DNA of 64,000 nucleotides from the NCBI RefSeq assembly GCF_019744875.1, contig NZ_JAIETU010000011.1:10723-74722 (forward strand), written 5' to 3'. The stretch comes from Hyphomicrobium sp. (lineage in GTDB: Bacteria > Pseudomonadota > Alphaproteobacteria > Rhizobiales > Hyphomicrobiaceae). Below the pieces are notes generated by a model that was not told where the DNA came from, ran no database searches, and worked only from the letters and a program-made list of their open reading frames with translations. A program made the translations under genes and the position numbers. Below are positions 38,085-45,252 of the stretch, in pieces; position 1 is the first letter of the stretch; each line of letters begins with the position of its first letter.

Positions 38085-38345
38085 ATGAAATCAGTTGTTC
38101 GTATCGCAGCACTTGCTCTGAGCCTCGGCGCGCTGTCGCTTCCCGCGTTTTCGGCCGATGATCACGGGCATTGCTCGGGCGCAAATGTCTGCGCCGGTGA
38201 CGCTGCTTGTGAAAAGCAGGGCTACAAGGAGCTGACGAAGGACGAGTGCTCCAAGATCGACGGCGCCAAGTTCGAGGCTTCCTCGCATGAGGGCGAAGGC
38301 CACAAGGACGGCGATCACTCCAAGCACGACCACGACAAAAAGTAA
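38085..38345 (+). CDS. Orphan paralog of the bufferin-type precursor: four Cys, His-rich C-terminal tail
   Basis: Signal peptide (…SLPAFS/ADD). GHCSGANVCAGDAACEKQGYKELTKDECSKIDGAKFE aligns with 2197-2463. Tail is SSHEGEGHKDGDHSKHDHDKK. GGAG lies 8 nt upstream. Confidence 0.75.
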   Translation: MKSVVRIAALALSLGALSLPAFSADDHGHCSGANVCAGDAACEKQGYKELTKDECSKIDGAKFEASSHEGEGHKDGDHSKHDHDKK

Positions 38346-38353
38346 CGGACAGG

Positions 38354-38384
38354 GCCGCGCGGCATTCTTCGGATGCCGCGCGGC
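38354..38384 (+). terminator. Perfect 12-bp GC hairpin after the orphan precursor (no U-tract)
   Basis: GCCGCGCGGCAT-TCTTCGG-ATGCCGCGCGGC, 9 nt after the stop and 38 nt before the next ORF. Confidence 0.5.
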
Positions 38385-38422
38385 TGCCCGTTCCGTTGGG
38401 CAACCCATAGGGAGTACGACCC

Positions 38423-38683
38423 ATGCAAAAACTAGTCTGCCTTCTATTTGCAGGCTTCGTCTTTTCTCTCAGTCCGGCATCGGCGAATGTCGGCTCAGGC
38501 CTGCTCGCCAAGGCGTCCAGCCTCGACCGCGGTGTCACCGAAGGGCAGGTGCTTGAGATACGCCATCGCCACCGGCACTGGCGGCGGCATCATCACCATC
38601 GGAGATGGGGGCACCGCCATCATCGTCGGCACTGGGGGTTCAAGCTTCACCGGCGCCATCATCATCATCACCGCTATCATTGA
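38423..38683 (+). CDS. Secreted peptide with extreme His/Arg/Trp-rich C-terminal tail
   Basis: Signal peptide MQKLVCLLFAGFVFSLSPASA/NV. Tail is RHRHRHWRRHHHHRRWGHRHHRRHWGFKLHRRHHHHHRYH. GGGAG lies 8 nt upstream and a hairpin follows the stop. The tail frame is ambiguous (see findings). Confidence 0.45.
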   Translation: MQKLVCLLFAGFVFSLSPASANVGSGLLAKASSLDRGVTEGQVLEIRHRHRHWRRHHHHRRWGHRHHRRHWGFKLHRRHHHHHRYH

Positions 38684-38769
38684 CAGCGGTGGGCGCGGCG
38701 GTTGGGAAGTCCCGCCGCCGCGCTTGTCATATCCGCTGCGATAGCGGGCGCGTCCGGTGCTTCGGCGAT

Positions 38770-39156
38770 TTAAGGTCCGGTCGGCCTCGTTGCGCGGCCT
38801 TCGGAGCCTTCGCTGACGGTTAGAAACATGAGCTTCACCGGCGAGAGCGTGCGCTGGGAATGCCAGACGCCGGCCGGAATTTGAACCACGTCGCCTTTGC
38901 GTGCCGTCTTCTGAATCTCGCCGTCGGGCGTGAGCTGGGTAAGCTCCGTTTCGCCCTCGAGGATGAACAGCATCTCGTCGCCTCCGGCATGGCGCTCCCA
39001 GCCTGTCTGGCCGTGGAAATGCACGAGGCCCATGAGACAGCCTTGGAACGTGCCGAGCACACGCATGCAGTCGATGGCATCTCCCTCGGACATATCTGGC
39101 GTGACGTGAGCGACAGGCATGGCGTCCAGCAGGGTAGAGACGTCGTGGATGTTCAT
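38770..39156 (-). CDS. Cupin-domain protein
   Basis: HFHGQTGWERHAGGDEMLFILEGE…GDVVQIPAGVWH. ATGA overlap with the upstream MFS gene. The rest of track ORF 38770..40257 is out of frame. Confidence 0.75.
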   Translation of the reverse strand: MNIHDVSTLLDAMPVAHVTPDMSEGDAIDCMRVLGTFQGCLMGLVHFHGQTGWERHAGGDEMLFILEGETELTQLTPDGEIQKTARKGDVVQIPAGVWHSQRTLSPVKLMFLTVSEGSEGRATRPTGP

Positions 39157-40460
39157 GCTCTCGATCCTGTTTCTTCTTTTGCATCCAACTCGAGACTGGG
39201 CGTCGACGGCCGTAGAATGGCCAGCGCCAGAACGACTGTGCTGACAGCAATGGTCAGGGCAAATCCGGCGGTGTATCCGATCTGGGCGGCCAGAGCCGTC
39301 GCCAGGCTCGCGGCCATGATCTCGCCGAGCACGTTGGCGCTCTTGAAAATTGTCACGTCCGTGCCCGCCTGCTCGCCTCGACGGGCGAACAGCATCAGCA
39401 CCGTGTAGACCGCAACGGAGGCGAGCCCCATTCCTGTGCTGCCTACGATCCGGAGCGCCGCGGCCGTGACGATGTCGGGGCGCGTGTTCGTCCATGACAG
39501 CGCGAGCCACCCGGCAGACGACGCCATCAGTAGGACAAGCCCTATGAGGAGCGACGGCCAGGCGCCGACGCGCGCGACGAGCCACGCCGCGGCGCCGCAC
39601 CCCAGCACGATCATGGCGCCCATGCTGAGGGTGTCGATAGCGCCGATTTCGCTCGGGGCCCAGCCCTTGTCGACGAGATAGAGGCGAAGGAGCGAGCCAT
39701 CTCCGGAGTGGGAGGCGGCATAGAGGGTCGCGACGATGAGCACGAAAAGGAAGTGAGGGCGCTTGACCGCTGCCAGGAGCGTGGCCCGCTTTCGCGGGGC
39801 GGGCGCGGCACTCTCGGTTTCGCGCCAGACAACAGCAGGGATCGCACATAGAACCAAGAGGCCGACGATGCCGAGGAGGCATCCGCGCAAGCCGATTGCG
39901 TCGACCGTCATCAGGACTCCGCCGCCACCGAGAAGCACGCCCGCCGCCATGCCGCCCACGCTGTAGGCGTTGGCGAGCGCGAGGTGGCGGCCTTCCAAGC
40001 GCTCTGCGGCGAGCCCATCGGTGGCGATGTCCTGTGTGGCGGCAAACAGCGACGCCAACCCTAGAAGGATGAGGCTGGAGGTTGCCCCGCTGCTGTCGGC
40101 GCCGGTCAGGATCAAGGCACCTATGGCTACGAGCACGAGGAGCTGCTGCAAGAGCAACCACGTGCGCCGGCGTCCGAGCGCCGGCCACCAAAGGCTGTCC
40201 ACGAGGGGGCTCCACAGGAACTTGAGCATCCACGGCAGACCGAGCAGCGGTACCCACGCGAGGAGCGACAGCTCAACGCCTGCGGCTCGAAGCAGCACGG
40301 GGTACGAGCCGAAGATGAGCCCCAGCGGAAGCCCCTGGGCGAAATAGAGGGCGCCGAGCAGCAGCAGGATGAAGGCAGGGCTGTCCGTTCGTCCCTGCCT
40401 CGTCGCGCTGTGTGCAGTTTCAGTGCCGTGCGACGTGTCTTGGCCGAGTGAGGTGTGCAC
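39153..40460 (-). CDS. AmpG/RhtX-FptX-like MFS permease (probable siderophore importer)
   Basis: LYFAQGLPLGLIFGSYPVLLR…LLGLPWMLKFLWSPLVD. GTG at 40460 with GAGGAGG 9 nt upstream is preferred over ATG 40538. Confidence 0.65.
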   Translation of the reverse strand: MHTSLGQDTSHGTETAHSATRQGRTDSPAFILLLLGALYFAQGLPLGLIFGSYPVLLRAAGVELSLLAWVPLLGLPWMLKFLWSPLVDSLWWPALGRRRTWLLLQQLLVLVAIGALILTGADSSGATSSLILLGLASLFAATQDIATDGLAAERLEGRHLALANAYSVGGMAAGVLLGGGGVLMTVDAIGLRGCLLGIVGLLVLCAIPAVVWRETESAAPAPRKRATLLAAVKRPHFLFVLIVATLYAASHSGDGSLLRLYLVDKGWAPSEIGAIDTLSMGAMIVLGCGAAAWLVARVGAWPSLLIGLVLLMASSAGWLALSWTNTRPDIVTAAALRIVGSTGMGLASVAVYTVLMLFARRGEQAGTDVTIFKSANVLGEIMAASLATALAAQIGYTAGFALTIAVSTVVLALAILRPSTPSLELDAKEETGSRA

Positions 40461-40482
40461 CTTGTCTTGCCTCCTCAATCGG

Positions 40483-42714
40483 TCAGAACGAGACCTTGGT
40501 GCGCACGCCGTAGGTCGCCGGGTCGCCGAGCGCGCCATAGGCGCCCACGCCGCCGGTTCCGGCGAAGTCGTAGGAGTTCACCACGTAGCGCTCGTTGAGG
40601 ATGTTGCGGCCGAAGAAGGCGATGTCCATGTCGCCGTACTTGAAGCCGAGCGTCGCGTTGAGAAGCGTGACGCCCTTCTGCTTCGAGGCATTGGCTTCGT
40701 CGAGGTAGTAGTCACCCAGCGTGCGGGCATCGACAAGCAGGTAGCCGCCCCAGTCGGCCCGGTACTCGAAGCCATAGTTCGTTGTGAACGAGGGAATGAA
40801 GCTGACCTCGTTGCCGCTGAAATCGGCGTAGTCATTCACGAACTCGCCGAAAGTCGCATGCGTCACGCCGAGCCCGCCGAAGAGGCGGAGCTGGGACGTC
40901 ATCTGCAAGCTCGCCTCCAGCTCGCCGCCGTAGCTTTCGACGCGCTCAGCATTATTGACGCCGAACTCCGACGGGCTGAACTGGTTCAGCACCTGATAGT
41001 TCTCGGTGTCGGAATAGAAGAGCGAGCCGTTGAGGGCGAGGAAGCGTCCGAACGGCCGGCTCTTGAAGCCGATCTCGTAGTTGTCCGAGGTTTCTTCGTC
41101 GAAGCGGAACTCGTTGATGTCGGTCAGCGCGCGGTCGGCGATGAAGCCGCCCGGCTTGAAGCCGCGCGCATACTTCGCATAGGCCGTGAAGTTCGAGGTC
41201 GGCGCATAGAGCAGCGCAATCGAGGGCAGAACCTTCGCATAGTCCTTCTCGGCTTCTGCGATAAAGGGAGCTGGATGCGCGTTTTCTCCCTCGCGCCCTG
41301 CCCACTCGTAGCGCATGCCGGGGACAATGGTGAAGCCGCCGCCGAGCCCGTAGCGCAGCTCGCCGAAGACGGCGACGTCGTCGCTGGTCGTCTTGGCGTG
41401 CCGCAACGGCATGCCGGGAATTTCGATGTCGGGATAGAGCAGTGTGCCGCCGTCGAAATCCATGACGGTGTGCGCGGCGAAGACGCCGGCCGACCACTGA
41501 AGCTGCGCCGAGGGATCGTTCGACGTGAGGCGTACTTCCTGCGTCAGCGAGCGGACCTCCTCTTCCGAGTAGCCGATGTAACGCCACATCGGATCGGGAA
41601 TGGCCGTCTGGTCGCCGTCGTTGTGGAAGTCCCATGTCGAGCGGCGGTTTGCCGTGACCGACAGGATGTCGAACGTGTCGAAGCGGCTTTTGATGCGCAG
41701 GGCCTGCAGGTCCTGGCCGATGCGCTCCTTGCCGGGATCGTTATAGGTGACGTCGAACGGGGCGGTGGCAAGCTGCGCGAACGGAATGAACGGATCGCTC
41801 TGGTCGTCAAAGCGCTCGTGCTGCAGGATGAAATCGATGGTCGTGCGGCTTGTGGGCACGATGGTGAGCTTCGCCCGGCCGCCGTAGGATTCCTTGTCGC
41901 CGTAGGGCTCGTTCAGGGCGGTATTGTCATAGAAGCCGTCGCGCTTCTGGCCGATGAAGTCAGCGGTCAGGAAGGCGGAGCTTGAGCCGAGCGGCGTCGA
42001 GAAGCCTGCGCCGGCCTCGTACGCGTCGTAGTTTCCGGCCGATCCTGTGACGTAGCCGGTTGGCTTGTCGGTTGGGCCGCCCGTCTGGATGTCGATGACG
42101 CCTGCCGGGCGGCTGAACCCGAACGATGTGCTCTGCGGTCCCTTGAGCACGTTGATCTGGTCAACGCGCGTAAACATTGAGGCGCGGGCCAGTGTCGTCA
42201 GCGCGGGGATGTCATCCACGTAGTAGCCGACGCCGGGAACGACGCCAGGGGACGACTGGTAGCCAAGCTCGTGCACGCCGCGGATCGAGAAGGTCGGCAT
42301 GCGGTTGCCGCCGGAGTCGAAGCCGGTGACGTTCGGGAACGATTGGGCAAGATCGCGCGCGGTGCTGAGCCCGCGTGTTGCGACCTCGTCTCCGGTCATG
42401 ACGGAGACGCCCGAAGGAACATTCGCAAACTCGGCAGTGGCCTGCGAAATGCCATCCGCGGGTGGTTTAGCGGCGGGCGGAGGCTGGGGCTGCGGCGCGG
42501 TCGCAGCGACTGGCTGCTCAAGTGCCTTCTTTTGCGCCGCGGGTTTCTTCGCCTTCTTGGCGGTGACGCTCAGAGGCGGCAGATCATACGTCTCGTTGGC
42601 GTCCGCCGGCTTGGCGGCCTGCTGGGCCACAGCTTCTCCGGCGGCCACGACGGCGCAAGAAACGGCATATGCCAGAACGCAGGCCATTCGGCCCGATGCG
42701 AGAAAAGCGGTCAT
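40483..42714 (-). CDS. TonB-dependent siderophore receptor
   Basis: Signal peptide, Pro/Ala-rich linker, plug (SGVSVMTGDE…FSIRG), barrel, C-terminal YGVRTKVSF. Confidence 0.9.
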   Translation of the reverse strand: MTAFLASGRMACVLAYAVSCAVVAAGEAVAQQAAKPADANETYDLPPLSVTAKKAKKPAAQKKALEQPVAATAPQPQPPPAAKPPADGISQATAEFANVPSGVSVMTGDEVATRGLSTARDLAQSFPNVTGFDSGGNRMPTFSIRGVHELGYQSSPGVVPGVGYYVDDIPALTTLARASMFTRVDQINVLKGPQSTSFGFSRPAGVIDIQTGGPTDKPTGYVTGSAGNYDAYEAGAGFSTPLGSSSAFLTADFIGQKRDGFYDNTALNEPYGDKESYGGRAKLTIVPTSRTTIDFILQHERFDDQSDPFIPFAQLATAPFDVTYNDPGKERIGQDLQALRIKSRFDTFDILSVTANRRSTWDFHNDGDQTAIPDPMWRYIGYSEEEVRSLTQEVRLTSNDPSAQLQWSAGVFAAHTVMDFDGGTLLYPDIEIPGMPLRHAKTTSDDVAVFGELRYGLGGGFTIVPGMRYEWAGREGENAHPAPFIAEAEKDYAKVLPSIALLYAPTSNFTAYAKYARGFKPGGFIADRALTDINEFRFDEETSDNYEIGFKSRPFGRFLALNGSLFYSDTENYQVLNQFSPSEFGVNNAERVESYGGELEASLQMTSQLRLFGGLGVTHATFGEFVNDYADFSGNEVSFIPSFTTNYGFEYRADWGGYLLVDARTLGDYYLDEANASKQKGVTLLNATLGFKYGDMDIAFFGRNILNERYVVNSYDFAGTGGVGAYGALGDPATYGVRTKVSF

Positions 42715-42856
42715 TCAGTAGCCCCCACGGCGATCAAACTCATGCTGGGATAGGAGGGCAGCAGGAGATCGATAACAATCGCCGCGGCTTTGGGGATTCC
42801 GTCTTTGTCTTTGGCTTTTCGCGTCGAGCGAAGGGGGCAACGGATGAGACCGGCGG

Positions 42857-43699
42857 CTAGGTCTCATCGCGGCCGACGCACGTGCTCGGCGATACGCCGA
42901 AACGCTTGCGGAACTCGGTCGAGAAATGCGCCGGATGGTAGCCGCAGCTGTAGGCGGCTTGGGACACGGACATTTCGCCCTGCTCGAGCAGCATCTTGGC
43001 GTGATCGAGGCGTGCCGCTTTGACGTAGGCGTAGACGCTCGCGCCGAACAGGGCGCGAAACAGCTCTCCCAACCGGTGGGCATTCATGCCGACTTTGCGG
43101 GCAAGGTCGGGAACGCTCGGCGGATCGGAAAGTGAGGCCAGTAACATTCCGCGAGCCGCATGAACGCGTTCGATCTCGCCGGCGCGGGCAGAGGGTACGC
43201 CGTCCGTGCCCGATGGACTGGCTCTGCCCATCGCATCGCTCTGGGCAACGACGGACAGCAGCTCCAGCGCCTTGCCGGAAAGGTAGAGCCGACGTGCGGG
43301 ACCAACCAGCGGGCAACCGAGCATCTGCCAGGCCAGGGCATTCGCCGGGCGATGATTGTTCCACGATCGGTAGTTTGTCTTGGGAGGCGCGAGGGCGGTG
43401 CGGGCGCCGGGCCCGGCGATGGCGTCTACGCGCTCGAAGGGGAGACGGATGAAGACGGCGCTAAGCTGGCAGTCCTGCGGCACCCTATGCTCGATGCTCA
43501 CCGGATCTTCGAGGCAGTAGTTGATCACCGTCCGCGGTGTCCAGGTGTTGTCGAAACCGGAGCGCGAGGTGGAAATCGTGCCTTCGGTCAGAATACCGCA
43601 CCAGATTCCGGGCAGCATCGAAGAGTCCCAGCGTTGCGCTTCGGACAACGTCATCCTCGAGAGGATGATTTCCAGGCCGTCGAATTGGACGGTTTCCAT
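42857..43699 (-). CDS. AraC-family regulator (PchR/RhrA-like siderophore-responsive type)
   Basis: C-terminal double HTH (VPDLARKVGMNAHRLGELFRALFG…SVSQAAYSCGYHPAHFSTEFRKRFG). Lies upstream of the receptor gene. Confidence 0.85.
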   Translation of the reverse strand: METVQFDGLEIILSRMTLSEAQRWDSSMLPGIWCGILTEGTISTSRSGFDNTWTPRTVINYCLEDPVSIEHRVPQDCQLSAVFIRLPFERVDAIAGPGARTALAPPKTNYRSWNNHRPANALAWQMLGCPLVGPARRLYLSGKALELLSVVAQSDAMGRASPSGTDGVPSARAGEIERVHAARGMLLASLSDPPSVPDLARKVGMNAHRLGELFRALFGASVYAYVKAARLDHAKMLLEQGEMSVSQAAYSCGYHPAHFSTEFRKRFGVSPSTCVGRDET

Positions 43700-43739
43700 A
43701 TCTGGTTCCTACACCTGCAAACCTCACGCTTACATAATA

Positions 43740-43756
43740 TTGACCGCAATAGTCAA
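43740..43756. promoter_or_regulatory. Inverted repeat TTGAC-N7-GTCAA (contains TGA-N9-TCA)
   Basis: TTGACCGCAATAGTCAA, 41-57 nt upstream of the AraC ATG (43699). Confidence 0.35.
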
Positions 43757-43876
43757 GTTTAAGCCCGCGGCTGGCGCGCGACCGCAGTCGGGTGTGGCCG
43801 TCCGGGCGCCGGTTGGTCTGTCGGAGCTTTGGAAATTGGAATCTGGGTCGTCGGAGCGCCGGTTTGGCAGCACGCG

Positions 43877-44080
43877 CTAGGGATTTGGCCCTTGGGCCGC
43901 GCTGGGCCGGCGGGCGGAGTTCGGCCAGAGACCGTAGGCGCAAACGGCCACAGGCACGGCGAGAAGCGCCCAGGATATCGCGTCCCAACCGGCGTCGCCC
44001 GTCAGTCCAATGAGCAGACCCGCGATCGTCGCGACTGCCATGACGGCGGGATAGGTCCAAATGCCGGAGCGCCTTCGCAC
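43877..44080 (-). CDS. Small two-TM membrane protein
   Basis: GTG start overlaps the PepSY gene's TAG stop by 1 nt. Two hydrophobic helices. Confidence 0.45.
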   Translation of the reverse strand: MRRRSGIWTYPAVMAVATIAGLLIGLTGDAGWDAISWALLAVPVAVCAYGLWPNSARRPSAAQGPNP

Positions 44081-45252
44081 TATCTCCGACCTCCATCACG
44101 GAGGCGGCGTGCCCGCAGGATGCGGCCGGACCACAGAACCAGGCCCGATCCGAGAACGAAAATCGTGAGCAGGGTGAGGAGTGCCCAGATTATTTTGAGG
44201 GGGAGGCCACCGTAGTCGCCAAAGTGCAGCGGTTGCGAGACGAGAAGGGCCGTGACGTACCAGGGCATCGCGCGCGAGTCGACGACGCGGCCGGTGGCCG
44301 CATCGCAGACCACGGGTTTGAGAAGGCGCGATGTCAGGGGCGAGGCGCCCTTCATGAACACGGCATAGTGGCTGGCGCTCGAAAAGATCGATCCCGGAAA
44401 CGCGATGAACGACGGCTTCATTCCGGTCGCCAGGGCTTGGGCGGCGTCGGCCGTTTGCTGGACGGAGGACAGCGTTTCGGGGCGCGGCCTGCCGGCTTCC
44501 TTGCCCAGCATGTCGGCGAGCTGGTCGTACTGCCAGTACTTTATGGTGAGATCGGCAAAGGCGTTGAGCACACCCGTTGACCCAACGACCAGCATCCAGC
44601 ATCCGATCACGATGCCCACGAGGTTGTGAAGATCGAGCCAGCGCACGATGGCCACGCGATGGTGGCGGACTTCGCCAAATTTCAGACGCCGCATGGAAGG
44701 CCCGTACAGGGCAATGCCGCTGGCGATAGCCAGAACGAAGCAGGCGCCCATCACCCCGAGAAAGATCTTGCCCTTCAATCCAAGCAGCAACTCTGTGTGC
44801 AGGCGAAGGATAAAGGGAAGCACGCCCGACTGCGCATTTATCTCATCGAGGATAGCGGCTCGATGGGCATCGACGCGGACGGTGCGGTTCTTGGTGTAAT
44901 CCGATGTGGGCGTTGCTCCGATCGAGAGGAGAACGACGCCCGGCTGATCGTCGTCCCAGAACACGAATTGGACCGCGTGACCTGGCAGATGCGCGTGGCC
45001 CGCTGCAACGATGCGGTCGAGGCTCGCGGGCTGTGTGCCAGGTGCGACGGGCTGCGGCGCGGCGTGTGTTCCGCTCAGCTCTTCGATCTAGTGGGCGAAA
45101 ATGAGAGGCAGTCCCGTCAGGCATAGAACGAGCAGGAATGCTGTGGCTACCAGGCTGCTCCACGTATGGACGACCGACCAGAGCCGCCCGCTGCGGATAC
45201 GGCGGGCGGCTGCGGGATAGAGGATCGTTGTGGGATGACCGTCCGCCGGCAT
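44080..45252 (-). pseudogene. PepSY-associated TM protein (PiuB/FoxB-like) interrupted by an in-frame TAG
   Basis: ATG at 45252 overlaps the receptor stop (TAATG). It reads MPADGH…WSVVHTWSSLVATAFLLVLCLTGLPLIFAH-TAG(45088-45090)-IEELSG…FVFWDDDQP…, continuing in the same frame. Confidence 0.75.

Noticed and set aside
38448-38744. Alternative +1 frame ORF giving a Gly/Ile/Thr-rich product over the His/Arg repeat
   Set aside because: It has no RBS or signal peptide, and its N-terminal part has poor coding statistics while the 38423 frame is good there. It would also run through the post-gene hairpin. It is kept as a caveat because its GC3 over the repeat tail is higher.
39157-40257. Upstream part of track ORF 38770..40257 (495 aa)
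   Set aside because: It is out of frame and overlaps the MFS permease. Only the C-terminal 128 codons (the cupin, from ATG 39156) are protein-like.
42729-42740. GGCGATCAAACT upstream of the first TonB receptor matching the GATCAAA repeat unit of the second receptor promoter
   Set aside because: It is a single 9-10-nt match located only 17 nt from the start codon (RBS region). It is not statistically meaningful on its own.
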